Shown one piece after another: positions 9,253-17,329 of a stretch of 64,000 nt of DNA. The notes under the pieces are model-generated. The model made no database searches and was not told the DNA's origin. It saw nothing but the letters and a program-made list of their open reading frames with translations. The stretch covers positions 72,151 through 136,150 of the forward strand of contig JBJLAJ010000001.1 of assembly GCA_045568775.1 (NCBI GenBank). The letters are read 5' to 3'. The translations under genes were made by a program, and so were the position numbers. Source of the stretch: Cytophagales bacterium. GTDB taxonomy: Bacteria > Bacteroidota > Bacteroidia > Cytophagales > MED-G16. Position 1 is the stretch's first letter. Each line of letters begins with the position of its first letter.

Positions 9253-10435
9253 ACTATTAATTTTAGTTTTTTTCTACACAAACTCACAAGCGCAAACCCT
9301 GCCATCACTCCATGGATTTCATAATAAAAAAGAAAACGCATCTCCAAATTATTCGTTAAACTTTGATGGGTCAAACGACCATTTAGTTACAAATGGTGGG
9401 ACAATATCAACTGCTTGGTCATTTGAAGTATGGTACAAAAAAGCCGGCAATCAGTCAGCAATAAACTTAACTAACAGTCAAAATTCTAATAATAGCGGTA
9501 CTTGGGCACTAAGACTTGGCCAGTGGAATAATATTTATAAAGTTGGAATAACAAAATATGGTGTCAAAGACTATTATATAAACGACACGAAAGCAAATCT
9601 TGATATAGGAAAATGGGAGCATGTGGCATGGACTTATGAGAATAATCTTGTTACAGTATATATTAATGGCGAAAATTTAGGAACTACTTTTAGCAGAGGC
9701 CCTTTGGCAAATGGAGCTATATTATATTGGAATATTATTGGTAAATCGGTAAGAACAATCAATGGAGAGTTAGATGAGGTTAGAATTTGGAATGATAAAA
9801 GAACATCTTCAGAGATAAAGTCAAATATGTTTAAAGAGCTTTCCGGAAATGAAAATGGTCTTGTAGCTTACTATAAAATGACAAATGGATCAGGTACTAC
9901 CGTTACTGATAATAGCTCAAATTCTAACTCAGGAACAATGGTTAATATGAATGACAGTGATTGGGTTACCTCAAATGCGCCTATAGGTAATTTGTTAAAC
10001 TCCTACCAAACTGATGTAGAAGGGTTTTGGGAACACACAGGAACTTCCGACAGCGAAGCTTCTGATGGATTATCTATGAGTGTGGGCTCTGCCTTAGCCG
10101 AAGCGAACTTTGTTGTTTTCGGAAATAACAACGATGACACTGGCACAACGTCTTCAAGTCTTTCTGGAATATCAAAGAGATCTAAAAGAGAGTGGAACTG
10201 TGATGAGAAGGGGACAGTGACAGCAGATGTTAAGATAGATATCAGTGATGCCACGGGTCACAGCGGATCAATAAGCGCTGCATCAAATTATACACTTCTA
10301 TTTAAGACATGTGAGTTATGTACTTTCTCAGAAGTAGAAACAGGTGATAGTGCTTCTGGTGATGTTATAACATTTTCAAGTGTAGCAATACAAGACGGGA
10401 TATACTCTATAGCGTCAGCAGACTCTAATTTATGA
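9212..10435 (+). CDS. Secreted LamG-like jellyroll domain protein (putative adhesin or lectin)
   Basis: Signal peptide ending SQA-Q; SLNFDGSND, WEHVAWTY, GELDEVRIWN, GLVAYYKM; Ser/Thr/Gly/Asp-rich C-terminal domain. Confidence 0.75.
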   Translation: MIKDFLSSLEEFVKLLILVFFYTNSQAQTLPSLHGFHNKKENASPNYSLNFDGSNDHLVTNGGTISTAWSFEVWYKKAGNQSAINLTNSQNSNNSGTWALRLGQWNNIYKVGITKYGVKDYYINDTKANLDIGKWEHVAWTYENNLVTVYINGENLGTTFSRGPLANGAILYWNIIGKSVRTINGELDEVRIWNDKRTSSEIKSNMFKELSGNENGLVAYYKMTNGSGTTVTDNSSNSNSGTMVNMNDSDWVTSNAPIGNLLNSYQTDVEGFWEHTGTSDSEASDGLSMSVGSALAEANFVVFGNNNDDTGTTSSSLSGISKRSKREWNCDEKGTVTADVKIDISDATGHSGSISAASNYTLLFKTCELCTFSEVETGDSASGDVITFSSVAIQDGIYSIASADSNL

Positions 10436-10874
10436 AAGATTCTTTATTAAGAATAGAATAGATATCATTTCCGTTTTCATCAGAGATAATACCAATACCT
10501 ATAACCCCAAAGTATTTCTTGTCTTGACAATCATAGAAAGAATATACATTTTCTTCAAGCTTAAACCTTCTTACAAAACCACATTCCTCTAGAATTTCTT
10601 TTCGAATTTCCATCATCAATGTCTTATCTAAAAGCCTAACCTCAAAAGTATTGGCTACATGTTGAGGTGTATCCTCTTTATAATAAAAAATTTCTCCTAA
10701 TTCAGAGTGGGTAGCCTTAATAAAAAATTTTCCACTTTGGTTAACACTCCAATAGTTTTCAAACATTGTCTCTGCAAAATAGTCTGAATTATTCCACTCT
10801 TTAATTTGTTTATAAGTAAGGTCTTGAGAAAAAACATTAGTAGCAAAAAAGAATAACATGAAATAAAATTTCAT
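10425..10874 (-). CDS. Hypothetical exported protein
   Basis: 149-aa ORF with a signal peptide ending VFS-Q, coupled to surA; no family recognised. Confidence 0.6.
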   Translation of the reverse strand: MKFYFMLFFFATNVFSQDLTYKQIKEWNNSDYFAETMFENYWSVNQSGKFFIKATHSELGEIFYYKEDTPQHVANTFEVRLLDKTLMMEIRKEILEECGFVRRFKLEENVYSFYDCQDKKYFGVIGIGIISDENGNDIYSILNKESFIN

Positions 10875-12217
10875 CAGTTTACAATATTACAAGAATTATA
10901 CTCTGGGTCAATATTAATGAAAACTTCCTTCCTTGCCTTCTCAAACCACTCATCTAACTCAACAACTTGTTTTCTGTTTAGGGTAAAATTTCTAAATCTC
11001 TGATAATCCTCTTCAAGATTTCCAAGGTGAGGTGGAATTTTCTCTTTAAAAAAAATTAATTTGTATGCAATTTTACCATCATCTGTTCTGCTCTCAAAAG
11101 GAATAGATATCTGGCCAACATCCATAGTGTCAATTGTAAAAAATATTACAGGGTCCAACTCTTCTACTAGAACATTCTCTGACCCCATTGCGTCAGTAAA
11201 GTATCCGCCAAAAGAAGAGGTAAACTTATCATCAGAATATTCACGAGCAAGCTCTTCAAAGGTGACAGAATCTGAGTAAGCCAAGCCCTTCAAACTATCT
11301 AAAAAATCTTTAGTTTTCTTAATGTCTGAATCCGAAAAATCAGGTTGTAAAAGTATGTGTCTAGAGTTAAATAAATTTCCTCTTTTCTCTATCAGTTGAA
11401 TTAGATGAAAGCCAAACTCAGTCTCTATAGGCATAGATACTTCTCCTTCTTTTAGTTTGAAGACAGCAGCCTCAAACTCTGGTTGAAACATGCCTCTTCC
11501 CACAAAACCCAAATTCCCTCCATTCTGAGCACTTCCTGGGTCTTGACTGTAAAGAGTAGCTAAAATTTCAAAGCTTTCCCCCTTAATTATTTTATCTCTA
11601 ATTTCAAGTAATTCTCCTCTGACTTTATCCTTTTGTAATTTACCAACTTCAGGGACCTTAACTATTTGTGAAACTTTAACTTGAGTAGAGAAATAAGGCA
11701 AACTGTCTCTTGGCACACTCTCATAAAAATCCTTTACCTCTTCTGGACTCACAGCTATGTCAGCTAAAATTTCTCGACGCATCTTAGTAACAATTAATTG
11801 TTCTTTTATATCATCAAAAAGTTCTTTTTTAAATTCAGCTATAGTCTTATTATAATATTTCTCAATTTCATCTTCTGACCCAACCTGGTTTATAATTAAG
11901 GCCATCCTTGAGTTTAATTCTTGATCAACTTGATTATCCTCAACCAAAATAGAGTCTATTTCTGCTTTAGCAACTAAAAGTTTATTGGTAATTAAGTCTT
12001 TTAAAACACCGCATTTAGTGTTCCCCGAGATTCTCTCTCCTCTTGATAGTATATCTAGGTATGTACTCTCTAGCTCTGACCTTAAAACAATATAGTCATC
12101 AACCCTTCCAATTATTTCATCAACAACAACACCTTTACTTTCTTGAGAGATTCCCTTGAAAGAATACGAAAAAATAATAATTAAAAAATAGAGATATGTT
12201 AGTTTAATATATTTCAT
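10874..12217 (-). CDS. surA: SurA-like periplasmic chaperone / parvulin PPIase
   Basis: SurA N-domain plus two rotamase domains (YSQDPGSAQNGGNLGF, FQPEFEAA, FGFHLIQL, SRHILL). Confidence 0.88.
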   Translation of the reverse strand: MKYIKLTYLYFLIIIFSYSFKGISQESKGVVVDEIIGRVDDYIVLRSELESTYLDILSRGERISGNTKCGVLKDLITNKLLVAKAEIDSILVEDNQVDQELNSRMALIINQVGSEDEIEKYYNKTIAEFKKELFDDIKEQLIVTKMRREILADIAVSPEEVKDFYESVPRDSLPYFSTQVKVSQIVKVPEVGKLQKDKVRGELLEIRDKIIKGESFEILATLYSQDPGSAQNGGNLGFVGRGMFQPEFEAAVFKLKEGEVSMPIETEFGFHLIQLIEKRGNLFNSRHILLQPDFSDSDIKKTKDFLDSLKGLAYSDSVTFEELAREYSDDKFTSSFGGYFTDAMGSENVLVEELDPVIFFTIDTMDVGQISIPFESRTDDGKIAYKLIFFKEKIPPHLGNLEEDYQRFRNFTLNRKQVVELDEWFEKARKEVFINIDPEYNSCNIVN

Positions 12218-13040
12218 AATCTACACCTCTCACCGAGTTGTTAAAAATACTATCTCGCAAGTTATCAAATAATTCTTGTTTTCTATTATTTAATAAGATT
12301 GTATTGACTATATCTTCCTCAAAAGAAAGAGGAGAATAATCACCTATTAACTTTTTGTCCAATATTCTTATAAAATGCATAAAGTCACCTTCTCTTATTT
12401 CATAAAACTTCCTTGTTTTTAAGAAAACAGACTTATCTAAGTTTTTAGGAAAAGGCAAATTCAAAATGATATCATCAAACTTAATCCATGTTGTGTCTTC
12501 TAAAAAAGATTTTTCTGCAAACTGAAAACAGTAAGAAATAACTTGAGAGGTATCTGATTCTGGATATTTTTTTAAATTATTTCTAAAAACACTTAAAGAA
12601 GGAGCGTCAAGAGGTACCTTGGCATAGATAGCTTTAATTAAATTAAAAGGTAAAATAAAATCATCTTTGTTTTCATTATAATATTTTGATATGTCATCTT
12701 CTGAAATTTTAAAATCTATAGAATTGGCATATAGATATTTTTCGAATTCAAATAGTATTAAGCTTTCTTTGTAGTCTTCAACCTTTCTATCGATTTGATT
12801 CATAACGCTTTCATTCTGGAAAGCTGAATTTAGAAGAAGTTGTTTTTTTATCCAGGTATTAACTTGACGATTATAAACAACAGCACTATCACCTAAAGAA
12901 GAATTATATATTATATCATCATCATATAAGTAAGAATCTCCAACTTTTGCAATTATGTCTTGTTGCTCTGAGTTCTGATTAATAATCAAATTACAAGCAC
13001 TAAATATCCATATAAAAACTATATATATTTTATTTTTCAT
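12204..13040 (-). CDS. Conserved lipoprotein, PPIase-like, linked to surA
   Basis: Lipobox FSAC; position in the guaB-surA cluster typical of Bacteroidota. Confidence 0.6.
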   Translation of the reverse strand: MKNKIYIVFIWIFSACNLIINQNSEQQDIIAKVGDSYLYDDDIIYNSSLGDSAVVYNRQVNTWIKKQLLLNSAFQNESVMNQIDRKVEDYKESLILFEFEKYLYANSIDFKISEDDISKYYNENKDDFILPFNLIKAIYAKVPLDAPSLSVFRNNLKKYPESDTSQVISYCFQFAEKSFLEDTTWIKFDDIILNLPFPKNLDKSVFLKTRKFYEIREGDFMHFIRILDKKLIGDYSPLSFEEDIVNTILLNNRKQELFDNLRDSIFNNSVRGVDYEIY

Positions 13041-14577
13041 TTTTAACTTTAGTCATCAAAAGGGTTATATCATCATCGGTTAAATTATTTCCTCTAAAGT
13101 AATTAAGATCTTTTAGTACAGACTTAATAAATTTCTGAGGTTTCTTTTTTGTATCTGAAAATAGTTTTAATAATCTTTTAGAACCATAAAATTCCCCAAA
13201 ATCATTTTGTGTTTCAATTAGACCATCTGTATAACAGAAAATATTAAAGTTTGTTTTTATTTTAATTTTTGAAACATTAAACTTTGGTAGTTCAGTAAAC
13301 ATTCCAAGGACAGTCGAACCTTTATCCAAAGTCTCCACTTTTTTATCATAATAAATTATAGGGTGAGGGTGTCCACAGTTAACATATTCTAAAATTTGTG
13401 ATTTAAAATCATACACACAAATAAACATACTCACAAACCTTTCGCTTAACCCTCTCAAATTAATTTGAAAGTTTAATTCATCAACTATTTTTTTTAAATT
13501 TTGAGAATGTCTGACCATTGTTCTAAGGGAAGCCTGCACATTAGACATTAATAGCGCTGCGGGAATACCTTTTCCTGAAACATCAGCAATACAAATTAAA
13601 AACTTATCATCACCTAAAGAAATATAGTCATAATAATCTCCCCCCAAAGCGAAATGTGGCATATATGATGATGTGATTTTTAGTTTTTTAGAATTTGGGA
13701 GTGAGTTGGGAATTAAATTTTCTTGTACCTTTCTTGCAATATATCTTTCATTTTGAATATCATCAAAAACAGGAGATGTTGGTAAATTAAAAATGTTAAT
13801 AAGAACAGATATTGATAAGTAACTAAAATTAAAACCAATCAGTAAAACAAAAAAAAGTAAATTTTGAATATCAAAAGGTGGAATGAAAAACTCGTTATTT
13901 AAAGAATAAAACTGATAAATTAATATATTAGATGTTAACAAAAAAATACATATAAGTATTGTTTTCCATTTTTGATCAAAATGTAAATAAGCAATCCATT
14001 TCTGATTAAAAAATAAAATTCCGCCTACCAAAAACAAAACCCCAAGCAAATACTGATAAAAATCTGAGGGATAAAAATTATAAATTATATCAAAAAGAAA
14101 AACAAGAACAGCTCCATACTGAAAAATCCAAAAAATAGATTTCATAATTGAAGTAGACTCAAATAATATAAGTCTCTTAAAAAAAACGAAGTTTATAATT
14201 AGAAACAACAAGGATATTCCTGTAACAAATTCATTGATCAGATTCGAAAAAATTTTAGAATAAATAAAGTTTTCTCCTATTCTAAAAAAATATAAAACAT
14301 ATATTAAAACGACAGGAAGAACAGCCTTGATACTATATATAAAAACTTTAAAAAAACTGTTAAAGATTATCTTTCTACTAATTTTTGGAAATACTAAGTC
14401 ATAGTATTTATAAAAAGAAAATATAAAGGAACCTAACATTATAAGGTATATAAGTCTATAGGTAGGAGAATAATATAACTGATCTTCAAAAAAAACTGCT
14501 ATATGGAAAAATGAAAACAGAACCCAAAACAATGTTCCTGTTATTAAATAAATATTTGGGTTAATTCTAACGGTCAT
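13030..14577 (-). CDS. Membrane-bound PP2C / SpoIIE-family phosphatase
   Basis: About eight N-terminal TM helices, then GGDYYD, IADVSGKGIPAALLM, CGHP, YTDGLIE, DDITLL. Tandem ATGs at 14580 and 14577. Confidence 0.85.
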   Translation of the reverse strand: MTVRINPNIYLITGTLFWVLFSFFHIAVFFEDQLYYSPTYRLIYLIMLGSFIFSFYKYYDLVFPKISRKIIFNSFFKVFIYSIKAVLPVVLIYVLYFFRIGENFIYSKIFSNLINEFVTGISLLFLIINFVFFKRLILFESTSIMKSIFWIFQYGAVLVFLFDIIYNFYPSDFYQYLLGVLFLVGGILFFNQKWIAYLHFDQKWKTILICIFLLTSNILIYQFYSLNNEFFIPPFDIQNLLFFVLLIGFNFSYLSISVLINIFNLPTSPVFDDIQNERYIARKVQENLIPNSLPNSKKLKITSSYMPHFALGGDYYDYISLGDDKFLICIADVSGKGIPAALLMSNVQASLRTMVRHSQNLKKIVDELNFQINLRGLSERFVSMFICVYDFKSQILEYVNCGHPHPIIYYDKKVETLDKGSTVLGMFTELPKFNVSKIKIKTNFNIFCYTDGLIETQNDFGEFYGSKRLLKLFSDTKKKPQKFIKSVLKDLNYFRGNNLTDDDITLLMTKVKNEK

Positions 14578-14581
14578 CATT

Positions 14582-14589
14582 CAAAAGTA
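14582..14589 (-). promoter_or_regulatory. -7 box (TACTTTTG) abutting the PP2C start
   Basis: Minus strand reads TACTTTTG-A-ATG-ATG. Confidence 0.6.
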
Positions 14590-14601
14590 TAAAAGAATAA
14601 A

Positions 14602-16062
14602 TTATTTTTTTGAATAATTTGGTGACTCTCTTGTAATAAAGACATCATGAGGGTGACCTTCTATTGAGCCCGCGTTTGTTATCCTTACAAAATTTGCTTC
14701 CTGAAGTTTATATATATTCCTTGCTCCAACATAACCCATTCCGGCTCTTAATCCACCGGTTATCTGATAAATGACTTCTGACACATCTCCTTTATATGGT
14801 ACCCTACCTACAATTCCTTCTGGAACTAACTTTTTTGGGTCATTTTCATTTTGTTGAAAATATCTATCTTTTGTTCCGGCTTCCATAGCCTCAACAGAAC
14901 CCATACCCCTGTAAGCCTTATACTTTCTTCCCTCATATAAAATTATATCCCCAGGAGTTTCCTCAGTACCAGCTAACAAAGAACCTATCATAACAGAATT
15001 TGCTCCAGCAGCAAGTGCTTTTACCACATCACCAGAAAATCTAATTCCTCCATCAGCTATCACAGGCACACCAGAACCTTTAATTTTATTAGAAACATCA
15101 TATATTGCTGATAGCTGCGGCATACCTACTCCAGCTATAATTCTAGTAGTACAAATACTGCCAGGGCCAACACCAACCTTAACTGCATCAGCGCCAGAAT
15201 CAACAAGTTTTTTTGCAGCATCACCAGTAGCAATATTCCCAACAATAACATCTATAGAATAATTTGATTTGATAGTTTTAAGAACATCAATTACTGACTT
15301 TGAGTGTGCGTGTGCAGTGTCTATTGATATAACATCTACACTAGAATTAATCAGTCTATCAATCCTTTCTTCCCAATCTCCTGAAACACCAATTGCGGCT
15401 CCTACTCTTAGTCTACCTAGCTGATCTTTACAAGCATCAGGCATGGACTTGTTTTTTAAAATATCCTTGTAAGTTATTAACCCAACAAACTTTTTACCTT
15501 CAACTATAGGTAGTTTTTCTATTTTATGCTCCTTTAAAATCTTTTCAGCACTATCAAGGCTAATTCCTACTTTTGCTGTCACCACTTTCTTAGTCATTAT
15601 CTTAGAGATTTCGATTGAACTATCTTTTTGAAACCTAAGATCTCTATTAGTCACTATCCCAATTAATTCATTTGACGAATTGAGAATAGGTATTCCTCCT
15701 ATTTGATGTTTTTTCATTATGGATAATGCATCTTTCACATTAGAATTTTTTTCCATGGTAATTGGATCTTTAATCATCCCGCTTTGAGACCTTTTAACTC
15801 TCCTAACCTCATCAGCCTGGCTGCTAATACTCATATTCTTGTGCACTATTCCCATGCCACCCTTTAATGCAATAGCTATTGCTAATTTTGATTCAGTAAC
15901 TGTATCCATAGAAGCAGATACAATTGGTACATTAATACTAATATTCCTAGTTAACAATGATCTTACGTCTGTGTCTGCTGGAATTATTTCTGAGTAAGAA
16001 GGAACTAAGAGGACATCGTCAAATGTGAGCGCCTCATATTGAAATTTTGTGTTATTTTTCAT
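14602..16062 (-). CDS. guaB: IMP dehydrogenase
   Basis: LTFDDVLLVP, CBS pair, GVGPGSICTTR, IADGGIR, YRGMGS, PEGIVG. Confidence 0.98.
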   Translation of the reverse strand: MKNNTKFQYEALTFDDVLLVPSYSEIIPADTDVRSLLTRNISINVPIVSASMDTVTESKLAIAIALKGGMGIVHKNMSISSQADEVRRVKRSQSGMIKDPITMEKNSNVKDALSIMKKHQIGGIPILNSSNELIGIVTNRDLRFQKDSSIEISKIMTKKVVTAKVGISLDSAEKILKEHKIEKLPIVEGKKFVGLITYKDILKNKSMPDACKDQLGRLRVGAAIGVSGDWEERIDRLINSSVDVISIDTAHAHSKSVIDVLKTIKSNYSIDVIVGNIATGDAAKKLVDSGADAVKVGVGPGSICTTRIIAGVGMPQLSAIYDVSNKIKGSGVPVIADGGIRFSGDVVKALAAGANSVMIGSLLAGTEETPGDIILYEGRKYKAYRGMGSVEAMEAGTKDRYFQQNENDPKKLVPEGIVGRVPYKGDVSEVIYQITGGLRAGMGYVGARNIYKLQEANFVRITNAGSIEGHPHDVFITRESPNYSKK

Positions 16063-16100
16063 AGCAAATAAGAGATTTATCTATTTGCCAAGCAAAACTA
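16063..16100 (-). promoter_or_regulatory. guaB -7 box (TAGTTTTG, 16093-16100) and leader hairpin (16063-16089)
   Basis: The leader GGCAAAUAGAUAAAUCUCUUAUUUGCU folds into a stem of about 10 bp ending directly at the AUG. Confidence 0.55.
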
Positions 16101-16142
16101 ATGCATTATAATTGAGTTAAAAAATTCTTTTTAAATTATTAA

Positions 16143-16703
16143 ATGTCAATTCTTGAAATAATTGCTGCATCTGCTGGAGTATTAAGTGTTTGGTTTGCTC
16201 GAAAAAATAACGTCCTGGTTTTCCCAACGGGTATAGTTAGTGTTTTAATTTACGTAGTCATTACATATGAAAATAAAATATATGCAGAGGCTGGTATAAA
16301 CTTGTACTACTTTGTTATGAGTGTATATGGTTGGGTTTTATGGACATCTAAAAACTCTAAAATCAAAAAACACATTTCTGAAAACACTAAATCTGAAAAC
16401 ATCCTTTGTGTGGTTTTATTTAGCAGCTTTTTCATGATTTTATTTTTTGTGCTCAAAATGACTGACAGCGATGTCGTTTTTTTAGATAGCATTACCACAG
16501 CTTTAAGTTTAACGGCTATGCTACTTCTGGCACGAAGAAAATTAGAAAACTGGATTTTTTGGATAATCGCTGATATCATATATATCCCTCTTTTCATATA
16601 TAAAGGGCTTTACATTACAAGTGGTCAATACTTTATATTTTTAATTTTAGCAGTTTCTGGATACTTTGAGTGGAAAAAAAAATTAGAAAATGAAAAAAAT
16701 TAG
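16143..16703 (+). CDS. pnuC: Pnu-family vitamin transporter (PnuC/PnuT)
   Basis: Multi-TM; DSITTALSLTAMLLLARRKLENWIFWIIADIIYIPLFIYKGL..GYFEW signature. Confidence 0.88.
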   Translation: MSILEIIAASAGVLSVWFARKNNVLVFPTGIVSVLIYVVITYENKIYAEAGINLYYFVMSVYGWVLWTSKNSKIKKHISENTKSENILCVVLFSSFFMILFFVLKMTDSDVVFLDSITTALSLTAMLLLARRKLENWIFWIIADIIYIPLFIYKGLYITSGQYFIFLILAVSGYFEWKKKLENEKN

Positions 16704-17193
16704 TATAGTTGGTCCAGAATCTTCAGGAAAAAGCACTTTGGCATTATCTCTTTCTCAAGCATTAGGGTGTAATTATTGTGATGAGTACGCAAGAAAATAC
16801 TTAGAAAAAAAATCAAATTACAATATTCACGACCTCGAAATAATTGCCAAGAAACAAAACAAGAAAATTGAAGAGGGAATAAAGGGAGGAGGAGATTATA
16901 TTATATCTGACACATGCGTGTTAGATATTGAGCTTTGGAGTAAAATAAAATTTAAAAGAGTAGATGAAAAAATATCACAACTATCTACTAAAGAAGAGTT
17001 TGATATTTACCTACTGTGTAAGCCTGATATTCCGTGGAAATATGACAAATTGAGAGAGAACGAGCATACTAGGGAATTCATTTATAAAGAGTTTAAATCA
17101 ATTATGAAAAAAAGGAGTTTAAACTATTTTGTTATAGGGGGTTCTCTTGTTAAGAGAATAACTTCTTCTTTGGATATTATTAAAAATAATTAA
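16690..17193 (+). CDS. Stand-alone NadR-like kinase / AAA_28 ATPase domain
   Basis: GPESSGKST Walker A, EYARKYL, SDT, DIYLLCKPDIPWKYDKLRE; no HTH or NMNAT domain. Confidence 0.8.
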   Translation: MKKISIVGPESSGKSTLALSLSQALGCNYCDEYARKYLEKKSNYNIHDLEIIAKKQNKKIEEGIKGGGDYIISDTCVLDIELWSKIKFKRVDEKISQLSTKEEFDIYLLCKPDIPWKYDKLRENEHTREFIYKEFKSIMKKRSLNYFVIGGSLVKRITSSLDIIKNN

Positions 17194-17194
17194 T

Positions 17195-17202
17195 TAATTT
17201 TG
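17195..17202 (+). promoter_or_regulatory. -7 box (TAATTTTG) directly before the riboswitch
   Basis: Exact TAnnTTTG; TTTG at 17169-17172 is a possible -33 box (22-nt spacer). Confidence 0.5.
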
Positions 17203-17203
17203 A

Positions 17204-17280
17204 TATAGGGGTGCCTTAAATATAAGGGCTGAGATTATACTCTTAAAGCTGATCCGGGTAATGCTGGCGTAGAAAATAGA
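17204..17280 (+). ncRNA. TPP (THI-box) riboswitch, variant
   Basis: AGGGGUGCC-P3-GCUGAGA-AUACUCU...CUGAU-CCGG-GUAAUG-CUGG-CGUAG. P2, P3 and P5 pair; it lies upstream of a TonB receptor and a thiamine-binding-like gene. Confidence 0.9.
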
Positions 17281-17329
17281 ATGTTATTTCATTAATCTTT
17301 TAAGGTCCTATAAATTAAATATTTATACT

